From NCBI RefSeq assembly GCF_001598795.1, contig NZ_BCZP01000004.1, forward strand, positions 180,001 to 212,000: a stretch of 32,000 nt of DNA, in the 5' to 3' direction. Positions 25,347 through 32,000 of this stretch are shown one piece after another (the stretch's first letter is position 1; the number at the start of each line of letters is the position of its first letter). A program made the position numbers and the translations under genes. The notes below the pieces were generated by a model. That model searched no databases, was not told the origin of the DNA, and saw nothing but the letters and a program-made list of their open reading frames with translations. The stretch comes from Delftia acidovorans NBRC 14950 (GTDB lineage Bacteria; Pseudomonadota; Gammaproteobacteria; Burkholderiales; Burkholderiaceae_C).

Positions 25347-26252
25347 TCAACCAGCCAGCAACTCGCGCAAGGCCTTGCGCATTTCCTCGGTCATTGCCCG
25401 CGCCAGCACCGACCCTGGCCGCTGGGGCAGGCTGAGTGCATTCACACCCACCGTGATGCGCGGCAGCAGGGGCACGACATGGACCTTGCGGCGGTCGGCG
25501 GCCAGGGCGGTGCAGCCGTCCATGATGGCGGCGCCCAGGCCGTACTCGGCCATGGACAGGGCCGCGTGGTAGGTCTGCACGGTGACCACGGGCGACAGGC
25601 CCACGCCGTGCTCGCGGCAGGCCTGGCCCAGGCGCATGCCCAGCGGGTCGCGCGCATCAAGCGCGACCACGGGCAGCTCGGCCAGGTCCTTGAGCTCCAT
25701 CCCCTCTTCGCGCACGCGCGAAGGCGGCAGCAGGCCCTTGGGCAGCACGCAGAACATGTCCACCTCGGCCAGCAGTTCATGCTCCAGCGCGGGCTGGCCC
25801 ACGGAGCTGATGACGAAGCCCACGTCGGCCTCCTGGAGCAGCAGGGCCGAGACCACCTGGGGCGTGTGCAGTGCCTGCACATGGACCTGCACCTGGGGGT
25901 GGCGGCGCCGAAATCCGGCCACGGCGCGCGGCAGCACCTCGCGGCTGAGCGCGAAGACGGTGAGCACGGTGAGCCGGTCCGCCGCCTGGCCATGGCGCAG
26001 GTTGTCGGCCAGGCGCTGGACCTCGTCGAGCTGCTCGAACAGCTTCTCGATGTGGGGGAACAGCGCCAGCGCCTCATTGGTGGGCGTGAGCCGCCCGCGT
26101 GCGCGCTGGAACAGCGCAAAGCCCAGCTGCAGCTCCGCGTGCTGCAGGGTGCGGCTGACGGCCGGCTGGGTGATGTTGATCAGCCGTGCGGCAGCGCTGA
26201 CGCTGCCGGTCTGCATGACGGCATTGAAGACCTCGATGTGGCGCAGGCGCAT
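25347..26252 (-). CDS. LysR family transcriptional regulator
   Basis: ORF track 301 aa: MRLRHIEVFNAVMQTGSVSAAARLINITQPAVSRTLQHAELQLGFALFQR..., the canonical LysR HTH N-terminus. Confidence 0.9.
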   Translation of the reverse strand: MRLRHIEVFNAVMQTGSVSAAARLINITQPAVSRTLQHAELQLGFALFQRARGRLTPTNEALALFPHIEKLFEQLDEVQRLADNLRHGQAADRLTVLTVFALSREVLPRAVAGFRRRHPQVQVHVQALHTPQVVSALLLQEADVGFVISSVGQPALEHELLAEVDMFCVLPKGLLPPSRVREEGMELKDLAELPVVALDARDPLGMRLGQACREHGVGLSPVVTVQTYHAALSMAEYGLGAAIMDGCTALAADRRKVHVVPLLPRITVGVNALSLPQRPGSVLARAMTEEMRKALRELLAG

Positions 26253-26271
26253 GGGCCGTCCTAAACTCGGA

Positions 26272-26304
26272 ATTAGCGCGGGATTAGCGCAGGATCAGCG
26301 CGGG
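26272..26304. repeat. Three tandem 11-bp repeats (ATTAGCGCGGG / ATTAGCGCAGG / ATCAGCGCGGG)
   Basis: Read directly at 26272-26282, 26283-26293 and 26294-26304. They fill most of the 53-bp spacer between the adenosyltransferase stop (26306) and the LysR start (26252). Confidence 0.6.
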
Positions 26305-26305
26305 T

Positions 26306-26878
26306 TCACTCTTCGGCGGACTGCGCGCGGGCCATCCGCTCGCTCTTCCAGTAGACGTCGTCGCCGCCATCCATGCGGTTGAGCACGCGCGCCAGCACGA
26401 ACAGCAGGTCGGAAAGGCGGTTCAGGTACTGGCGCGGCGCGGGCCGCATGGCCTCGCCCTGCTCCAGCGCCACCACCATGCGCTCGGCGCGGCGTGCCAC
26501 GGTGCGGCAGACATGGGCCTGGGCAGCGGCACGGCTGCCGGCCGGCAGGATGAATTCCTGCAGCCGGGGCAGCTGCGCGTTGTAGTGGGCCAGCGCTTCA
26601 TCGAGCTGCAGCAGGGCGTCGTCCTTGAGCAGTTCATAGCCGGGAATGGACAGCTCGCCACCGAGGTTGAACAGCTGGTGCTGCACATCGACCAGCAGTT
26701 CGCGCACGTCGTCGGGCAGGGCCTCGCACAGCAGCAGGCCGATGTGGGAATTGAGCTCGTCCACATCGCCCATGGCGTGCGGGCGGCCGCTGTTCTTGGA
26801 GACGCGCGTGTTGTCGCCCAGGCCCGTGCTGCCGTCGTCTCCGGTGCGCGTGGCGATCTGTGTCAAACGGTTGCCCAT
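26306..26878 (-). CDS. ATP:cob(I)alamin adenosyltransferase, PduO/MMAB type
   Basis: ORF 26306..27061 (-). The start is taken at ATG 26878 (AAGGAGAA upstream): MGNRLTQIATRTGDDGSTGLGDNTRVSKNSGRPHAMGDVDELNSHIGLL...FILPAGSRAAAQAHVCRTVARRAER...YLNRLSDLLFVLAR, which are PduO-type signature segments. Confidence 0.85.
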   Translation of the reverse strand: MGNRLTQIATRTGDDGSTGLGDNTRVSKNSGRPHAMGDVDELNSHIGLLLCEALPDDVRELLVDVQHQLFNLGGELSIPGYELLKDDALLQLDEALAHYNAQLPRLQEFILPAGSRAAAQAHVCRTVARRAERMVVALEQGEAMRPAPRQYLNRLSDLLFVLARVLNRMDGGDDVYWKSERMARAQSAEE

Positions 26879-27059
26879 GGGCGTTCTCCTTGGCGGTGCG
26901 GGGGTGGAAAGCCGGACCCGTAACGGCCCAACACCCAATTGTGCGTTACAGGCGGCACGCAAATGTTGTAGCAGGCAACAGCCGGCAAAAGTGCTGGCCC
27001 TGCTGCGCTGCAACAGGTGGAATGCAGTCATGTTCCACGTTCGACAAGGAGTTCGACAC

Positions 27060-27428
27060 ATGACCTCTCAACTGCGCAAAGTCTCTGGTTTTGAAATCCG
27101 CAGCGTGATGTTGTTCGCGGCCATTTCGCTGGGCAGCGTTGCTGCCATGGCGCAGACATCTACTCCCGCTGCGCCTCCTTCGCAGGCCTCCTTTGGAGCC
27201 GGTAGCGGCCCTGCAACTGGTGTGCAAGCCGCACCCACTCCATCGTCGGCCGGCGCCAACGACGTGCAAGCCGCATTCGACCGCGCCGACACCAACCGGG
27301 ACGGCAAGCTGAGCAAGAAGGAGGCCGAGGCCCTGCCCGCCGTGAGCAGCAATTTCGCGCAGATCGATGCCGACAAGAACGGATCGCTGTCGCGCGATGA
27401 ATTCAGCAAGGCTGTCCAGCCGCGCTGA
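27060..27428 (+). CDS. Small secreted EF-hand calcium-binding domain protein
   Basis: Internal ATG at 27060 of ORF 26646..27428 (AAGGAG 8 nt upstream). It has a signal-like segment (MLFAAISLGSVAAMAQ), a Pro/Ala/Ser-rich linker and two EF-hand loops (DTNRDGKLSKKE and DADKNGSLSRDE). Confidence 0.7.
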   Translation: MTSQLRKVSGFEIRSVMLFAAISLGSVAAMAQTSTPAAPPSQASFGAGSGPATGVQAAPTPSSAGANDVQAAFDRADTNRDGKLSKKEAEALPAVSSNFAQIDADKNGSLSRDEFSKAVQPR

Positions 27429-27510
27429 CACCCGGATGCCTGGCGGCTGACCCACACGGTTGGGCGGCAGGGCCGGTGGTATTCTTTCCAGTTCCCCCTG
27501 GAGAACACCG

Positions 27511-28935
27511 ATGAACGCCCCTGTCGCCCCCGTCCGCCTGCAGCCTGACTTCGCTCAGCGCCCCATCCCCGAAGCCTTCCTCCAAGCCCTGGCCCAGCGT
27601 TTCGGCGCCCAGTGCTCCACGGCTTTGGCGGTGCGCGAACAGCACGGCCGCGACGAGGGCGCCATCCAGGCGCCCCCGCCTGTGGCCGTGGTCTTTGCCG
27701 AAAGCACGCAGGACGTGCAGGACGCGCTGAAGCTGGCCGACCAGCATGCCGTGCCGGTCATCCCCTACGGCGCAGGCTCCTCGCTCGAAGGCCATCTGCT
27801 GGCCGTCGAGGGCGGCATCAGCCTGGACCTGAGCCGCATGAACCGCATTCTCTCGGTCAACACCGAGGACCTCACGGTCACCGTGCAGCCCGGCATCACG
27901 CGCAAGCAGCTCAACGATGCCATCAAGGACACGGGCTTCTTCTTCCCCATCGATCCCGGTGCAGATGCCTCCATCGGCGGCATGACCGCCACGCGCGCCA
28001 GCGGCACCAATGCCGTGCGCTACGGCACCATGCGCGAGAACGTGCTGGCGTTGGAACTGGTCACGGCCAGCGGCGAGCTGATGCGCACCGGCACGCGCGC
28101 CAAGAAAAGCAGCGCGGGCTACGACCTCACGCGCCTGATCGTGGGCAGCGAAGGCACGCTGGGCGTGGTCACCGAGATCACGGTGCGCCTGTACCCGCTG
28201 CCCGAGGCCGTGAGCGCGGCCATCTGCTCCTTCCCCAGCATTGAGGCCGCCGTGCGCACGGTGATCCAGACCATCCAGATGGGCGTGCCTATTGCCCGCG
28301 TGGAGCTGGTGGACGTGAACTCGGTGCGCATGGTCAACGCCTACAGCAAGCTCACCCTGCGCGAGGAGCCCATGCTGCTGATGGAGTTCCACGGCTCGCC
28401 CACGGGCGTGAAGGAGCAGGCCGAGATGGTGCAGGACATTGCGGGCGAGTTCGGCGGCAACGCCTTCGAATGGGCCGAGCGTCCCGAGGACCGCACGCGA
28501 TTGTTCACGGCCCGCCACAACGCCTATTTCGCAGCCGTCTCCAGCCGCCCCGGCTGCCGCTGCATCACCACCGATGCCTGCGTGCCCATCAGCCGCCTGG
28601 CCGATGCGCTGCTGGACTCGGTGCGCGAGGCCGATGACAGCGGCATTCCCTACTTCCTCGTCGGCCACGTGGGCGACGGCAACTTCCACTTCGGCTACCT
28701 GATCGACCCGGACAACGAGGACGAGCGCTCGCGCGCCGAGCAGCTCAACCACCAGCTGGTGTCGCGCTCGATTGCCCTGGGCGGCACCTGCACGGGCGAG
28801 CATGGCGTGGGCATCCACAAGATGGATTTCCTGCGCGAGGAAGCCGGCGACGGCGCGGTGCAGATGATGCGCTCCATCAAGCAGGCGCTGGACCCGAAGA
28901 ACATCCTGAACCCCGGGAAAATCTTCAGCCTCTGA
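27511..28935 (+). CDS. FAD-linked oxidase, D-lactate / D-2-hydroxyacid dehydrogenase (GlcD/LDHD family)
   Basis: ORF 27460..28935. The start is taken at ATG 27511 (GGAGA 6 nt upstream). FAD_binding_4 region: VVFAESTQDVQDALKLADQHAVPVIPYGAGSSLEGH...; GYDLTRLIVGSEGTLGVVTEITVRLYP. C-terminal end: GTCTGEHGVGIHKMDFL...LDPKNILNPGKIF. Confidence 0.85.
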   Translation: MNAPVAPVRLQPDFAQRPIPEAFLQALAQRFGAQCSTALAVREQHGRDEGAIQAPPPVAVVFAESTQDVQDALKLADQHAVPVIPYGAGSSLEGHLLAVEGGISLDLSRMNRILSVNTEDLTVTVQPGITRKQLNDAIKDTGFFFPIDPGADASIGGMTATRASGTNAVRYGTMRENVLALELVTASGELMRTGTRAKKSSAGYDLTRLIVGSEGTLGVVTEITVRLYPLPEAVSAAICSFPSIEAAVRTVIQTIQMGVPIARVELVDVNSVRMVNAYSKLTLREEPMLLMEFHGSPTGVKEQAEMVQDIAGEFGGNAFEWAERPEDRTRLFTARHNAYFAAVSSRPGCRCITTDACVPISRLADALLDSVREADDSGIPYFLVGHVGDGNFHFGYLIDPDNEDERSRAEQLNHQLVSRSIALGGTCTGEHGVGIHKMDFLREEAGDGAVQMMRSIKQALDPKNILNPGKIFSL

Positions 28936-29830
28936 GACCCTCCGCCGCGGCCTTCTCGCGCAGGAAGTCGATCAACGTCGTGATGGCCCGCGTCTGGTAG
29001 TGGGACGGCATGTACAGCAGGTACTGGCGCGTGGCCAGAACGTCCAGGCTGCCCGGCGGCAGCGGCAGGCGCTCAAGCGCTCCGCTGGCCAGCTCGGCCG
29101 CCACCATGTAGCGCGGCACCACGGCCACGCCCAGGCCCTGCAGCACGGCATCGCGCAGGAAGTGGAAGTTGGGCGACATCAGGCGCGGGCGTATGCGCAG
29201 CTCGGTGGGCCGGGCGCCGTTCATGCCGGCCGTGCGCAGCTTCTGGCCCGTGAGCGCCGAGGTGATCAGCGGCACGCGCTTGAGCGCCAGCAGCGAATCG
29301 GGATGGCCATGCGCAGCCAGGAACTGCGGCGTGGCGCAGGCCTCGTAGAGCACGTCACCGAGCTTGCAGGCCACCAGGCTTTCGGGCGGCTCGGTCATCA
29401 CGCGTACGGCGAAGTCCACCGCGCCCTGCATCAGGTCCTCGATGTCGTTGTCGAAGATCACCTCCAGCGTGATGCCCGGATGCATGCGCATGAACTCCGT
29501 CAGCCAGCCCGACATCTGCAGCTGGCCGTAGCCGCTGGGCACGCTCAGCCGAACGGTGCCCTGCAGGCTCTGGCCCAGGCTGTCCACCGACTCGTCCGCC
29601 GCCATGGCTTCCTGGCGTATCGCGCGGCCATGGGCATACAGACGCAGGCCCAGCTCGGTGGGCTCGACCTGTCGCGTGGTGCGGCGCAGCAGCTGCTGGC
29701 CGATCTGGCGCTCGAACTGGTTGAGCCGGTGGCTGACGTTGGCGCGGCTCATGCCCAGGCGCACGGCGGCGCGGCTCAGGTTGCCGGCTTCGATGATGTC
29801 CACCAGCAGGGACAGTCCGCCCAGATCCAT
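28925..29830 (-). CDS. LysR family transcriptional regulator
   Basis: ORF track 28925..29836 begins at a TTG. ATG at 29830 (MDLGGLSLLVDIIEAGNLSRAAVRLGMSRANVSHRLNQFERQIGQQLLRR...) has GAGG 7 nt upstream and is preferred. Confidence 0.85.
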   Translation of the reverse strand: MDLGGLSLLVDIIEAGNLSRAAVRLGMSRANVSHRLNQFERQIGQQLLRRTTRQVEPTELGLRLYAHGRAIRQEAMAADESVDSLGQSLQGTVRLSVPSGYGQLQMSGWLTEFMRMHPGITLEVIFDNDIEDLMQGAVDFAVRVMTEPPESLVACKLGDVLYEACATPQFLAAHGHPDSLLALKRVPLITSALTGQKLRTAGMNGARPTELRIRPRLMSPNFHFLRDAVLQGLGVAVVPRYMVAAELASGALERLPLPPGSLDVLATRQYLLYMPSHYQTRAITTLIDFLREKAAAEGLRG

Positions 29831-29959
29831 TGTCAAACCTCAGTACACACAATGTCCATTTTTTAGCACGATTGTCAAAGTCCATAAACGAATGAAGAAT
29901 GCGGGCCTGCCCGGGCATCACCGGCCCGTTGCGGTTTTCGTGGTTCGACAAGGTTTCGC

Positions 29960-31168
29960 ATGAGTGCTCTCCCCTCTTCCCTGCCGCTGGACGGCGTGCG
30001 CGTACTGGATCTTTCACGCGTGCTGGCCGGCCCCATGTGCGCCATGGCGCTGGCCGACCTGGGCGCCGATGTCGTCAAGGTCGAGCACCCGGGCCGTGGC
30101 GACGACACGCGCGACTGGGGCGTGCGCGTGGGCCAGCGCAACACCTCCTACTTCAACAGCGCCAACCGCAACAAGCGCTCGGTCACGCTGGACCTGCAGG
30201 CCGAAGAGGGCCTGCGCATCGCACGCGAGCTGGCGGCCGACAGCGACGTGGTCATCCAAAACTTCAAGGTCGGCGGCGCCGAGAAGCTGGGGCTGGGCTA
30301 CGAGCAGCTGTCGGCACTGAACCCGCGCCTGGTGTACTGCTCCATCTCGGGCTACTCGCGCAGCGGCCCCGAGGCCACGCGGCCCGGCTACGACCTGGTG
30401 GTGCAGGGCGAGTCCGGCATCATGGCCATGAACGGCGAGCAGGGCCAGGGCCCGCTGAAGTTCGGCGTGGCCGCCGTGGACATGTTCACGGGCATGTACT
30501 CGGCCCAGGCCATCCTGGCCGCGCTCTACGAGCGCGAGCGCAGCGGGCGCGGCCGCCATGTGCAGATGGCCCTGTACGACTGCGGCCTGATGATCACCAG
30601 CTACTACGGCATGGAGGCCTTGCTCAAGGCCGGCGACCCGCCCAAGTTCGGCAACGCCCATCCGTCCATCGTGCCCTACGGCGTGTTCGAGGCGGCCGAC
30701 GGCCCGCTGGTCATCACCGTGGGCAACAACGGCCAGTTCCAGCGCTTTTGCACCGACGTCATCGCCAAGCCCGAGTGGGCCGCCGACGAACGCTTTGCCA
30801 CCAATACCGCACGCTCGGCAAACCGCGATCTGCTGATGCCGCTGGTGCAGGCCGAGCTGCTGCGCTTCACGCGCGCCCAACTGCTCGAATGCCTGACGGC
30901 CGCGCAGATTCCCTGCGGCGAGGTGCTGGGCCTGTTCGAGGCCCTGAACTCGCAGCGCACGGCCGACGCCGGCCTGCTGCACCGCTTCGAGGACAGCGAG
31001 GCCGGCAGCCAGTCCGTGCTGGCCCCGCCCTATGCGCTGGACGGCCAGCGCCTGCCCGTGCGCCGCCCGCCGCCGCACCAGGGCGAACACACCGACGAGG
31101 TGCTGCAGCAGCGCCTGGGCCTGGACGAACAGGCCCGCGCCGCACTGCGCGCCAAAAACATCATCTGA
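29960..31168 (+). CDS. CaiB/BaiF family (class III) CoA-transferase
   Basis: ORF track 402 aa: LDGVRVLDLSRVLAGPMCAMALADLGADVVKVEHPGRGDDTRDWG..., the class III CoA-transferase N-terminal signature. Confidence 0.9.
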   Translation: MSALPSSLPLDGVRVLDLSRVLAGPMCAMALADLGADVVKVEHPGRGDDTRDWGVRVGQRNTSYFNSANRNKRSVTLDLQAEEGLRIARELAADSDVVIQNFKVGGAEKLGLGYEQLSALNPRLVYCSISGYSRSGPEATRPGYDLVVQGESGIMAMNGEQGQGPLKFGVAAVDMFTGMYSAQAILAALYERERSGRGRHVQMALYDCGLMITSYYGMEALLKAGDPPKFGNAHPSIVPYGVFEAADGPLVITVGNNGQFQRFCTDVIAKPEWAADERFATNTARSANRDLLMPLVQAELLRFTRAQLLECLTAAQIPCGEVLGLFEALNSQRTADAGLLHRFEDSEAGSQSVLAPPYALDGQRLPVRRPPPHQGEHTDEVLQQRLGLDEQARAALRAKNII

Positions 31169-31239
31169 GAGCGCGCAGACGTTCCCACCCAGACCGCTCC
31201 ACGGCTCTCATTTCCACCCCTTCCCGCTTGAGGAGACAT

Positions 31240-32000
31240 ATGACTTCCACCCCCTTCCAGGCCTCGCGCCGCCAGATCCTTTCCGCCGCCTGCGCCACCG
31301 CCATCGCCACGCTGGCCCCCGCCGCCCGGGCCCAGAGCCAGTGGCCCGACAAGCTGATCAAGCTGACCGTGGCCTTCCCGCCCGGCGGCCCCACCGACAC
31401 GGCCGCGCGCATCGTCGCCCAGCGCCTGACCGAGCGCCTGGGCCAGACCATCGTCATCGACAACCGCCCCGGCGCCTCGGGCTCGGTGGGCACGGCGGCC
31501 TTCATCAAGTCGCAGCCCGACGGCTACTCGCTGTCCATGTTCGGCATGCCCGCGCTGCTGGCGCCCATGCTGTTCAACAACAACCTGTACGACGTGCGCA
31601 AGGACTTCCTGCCCGTGGCCACGGTCTATGACCTGCCCATGGCCATCGTCATCAACCCGCGCGAGCTGCCGGACGTGACCAACCTGCAGCAGCTGATCGA
31701 GCACGCCAAGAAGGCCAAGCCGGCGCTGAACTACACCAGCTCGGGCACGGGCAGCTTCGGCCACCTGTCCATGGAGCAGCTCAAGGACCTGGGCGGCTTC
31801 GACATGCAGCACGTGCCGTACCGCGGCAGCGCGCCGGCCGTGACCGACCTGATCGGCGGCCAGATCGCCGTGATGTTCGCCGACGTGGTCGCGGCCCTGC
31901 CCCACATCCAGGCGGGCAAGCTGCGCGCCATTGCCGTCAGCTCGCAAAAGGCCAAGCAGCTGCTGCCGAACGTGAAGTCGGTGGCCGAGCAGGGCTTCCC
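31240..32000 (+). CDS. Bug family (TctC-like) tripartite tricarboxylate transporter substrate-binding protein; 3' end beyond the window
   Basis: Own translation from ATG 31240 (GAGGAGA upstream): MTSTPFQASRRQILSAACATAIATLAPAARAQSQWPDKLIKLTVAFPPGGPTDTAARIVAQRLTERLGQTIVIDNRPGASGSVGT...YTSSGTGSFGHLSMEQ...VPYRGSAPAVTDLIGGQI... This shows a Tat-like signal and typical Bug motifs. It is absent from the ORF track because there is no stop inside the window. Confidence 0.85.
   Translation, partial: MTSTPFQASRRQILSAACATAIATLAPAARAQSQWPDKLIKLTVAFPPGGPTDTAARIVAQRLTERLGQTIVIDNRPGASGSVGTAAFIKSQPDGYSLSMFGMPALLAPMLFNNNLYDVRKDFLPVATVYDLPMAIVINPRELPDVTNLQQLIEHAKKAKPALNYTSSGTGSFGHLSMEQLKDLGGFDMQHVPYRGSAPAVTDLIGGQIAVMFADVVAALPHIQAGKLRAIAVSSQKAKQLLPNVKSVAEQGF

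Noticed and set aside
26901-26930. A cobalamin-riboswitch-like fragment (GGTGGAAAGCCGGACCCG resembles the GGAAGCCGGTG core) next to the cobalamin adenosyltransferase gene.
   Set aside because: The match is short. I found no B12-box-like element nearby. The fragment is on the strand opposite the adenosyltransferase gene and upstream of an EF-hand protein gene, and the available spacer (about 180 nt, shared by two promoters) is too small. An Rfam scan would settle it.

Overview
High-GC (by eye about 68-70%) betaproteobacterial chromosome, Burkholderiales/Comamonadaceae-like (Bug/TctC binding protein, box genes). I call 29 tightly packed CDS and see no rRNA, tRNA, CRISPR array, IS element or integrase. 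Left part (1-8503): a minus-strand acyl-CoA operon (acetoacetyl-CoA synthetase, two acyl-CoA dehydrogenases, enoyl-CoA hydratase), then an NCS2 nucleobase permease, an ScpC/AarC-type CoA-transferase and a YdiI/YbdB-type aryl-CoA thioesterase. Centre (10103-22231): an aerobic benzoyl-CoA (box) module with benzoate-CoA ligase, a five-gene Liv-type ABC importer, the BoxR regulator (HTH plus shikimate-kinase-like domain) and boxC-boxB-boxA. Right part (22225-32000): a dad-like locus (Glu/Asp-type binding protein, PLP-independent racemase, DadA-like dehydrogenase, LysR), a PduO-type adenosyltransferase, a small secreted EF-hand protein, an FAD-linked D-2-hydroxyacid/D-lactate dehydrogenase, a second LysR, a CaiB-type CoA-transferase and a Bug-family binding protein. 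The only clearly accessory element is an AbiEi/AbiEii (type IV toxin-antitoxin / abortive infection) pair with an AT-rich promoter, wedged between the thioesterase and the box transporter. This family is already described. Non-coding signals worth follow-up: an 18-bp TGCA-N10-TGCA motif shared by the two box promoter regions (candidate BoxR operators), nested inverted repeats over the abiE promoter, a 20-nt near-identical intergenic repeat at two sites 13.5 kb apart (each followed by a different hairpin), and several short tandem or direct repeats in regulator-adjacent spacers. I do not see convincing evidence for a genuinely undescribed multi-gene system. Every sizeable ORF outside the called genes looks like a GC-rich frame artefact.
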